Source: Nymphaea colorata
Lineage: Eukaryota
Length of the DNA stretch: 64,000 nt
NCBI RefSeq assembly: GCF_008831285.2
Contig: NC_045138.2
Location: 32,612,001-32,676,000 of the forward strand
Reading direction: 5' to 3'
Both the position numbers and the translations under genes were made by a program. The notes under the pieces were generated by a model. That model saw only the letters and a list, made by a program, of their open reading frames with translations. It ran no database searches and was not told the DNA's origin. Shown here one piece after another: positions 63,845 through 64,000 of the stretch. Numbering within the stretch: position 1 is the stretch's first letter; the number at the start of each line of letters is the position of its first letter.

Positions 63845-64000
63845 CTTCTTGAAATCCACTTCCAGAGTTCAGAGGGAAGAAAGAAAAGGTGACCAAGAAC
63901 ACAGCGGTGAAAGTCTCAACGGCCGTTAAATGGAGCTGAAACAGTGTGAGAATTCTCATTTCAACATCGTAAATAGTTCCAGAAAACTTTTTATAATTTC
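63845..64000. repeat. Diverged copy of 61419-61545 (upstream/intronic region of the FTCD-like gene)
   Basis: ttcttgaaatccacttccag.gttcagag.gaagaa...gaccaag...ggtga..gtctcaa...aacttttataattt shared. Confidence 0.7.

Overview
This is plant (angiosperm) nuclear DNA with spliced genes, TE debris and a 100-N scaffold gap. From left to right it contains: the frameshifted 3' end of an ABCG/PDR transporter (1.1-2.9 kb); a TE-rich block (4-17.6 kb) with a LINE ORF1 remnant, long direct repeats, an orphan cathepsin-B exon and a truncated Copia with LTR and PBS; and a tandemly amplified array (about 18.6-41.1 kb) in which RD22-type BURP-domain genes alternate with MIK2-like LRR receptor kinases. The array holds one intact BURP, three BURP pseudogenes, one BURP copy cut by the gap, one intact RLK and two RLK relics. 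To its right are three intact conserved genes: a YnbB/aluminium-resistance-family PLP enzyme, a GT14 glucuronosyltransferase and a glutamate formiminotransferase-like gene. Several non-autonomous TEs have clear TIR/TSD signatures. The best candidate for a new system is the co-amplified BURP plus peptide-receptor-like RLK cassette, whose intact BURP (a possible burpitide/RiPP cyclase) carries an unusual KACCCKW-containing linker. That functional link is a hypothesis. All family assignments come from motif recognition by eye, not from database searches.
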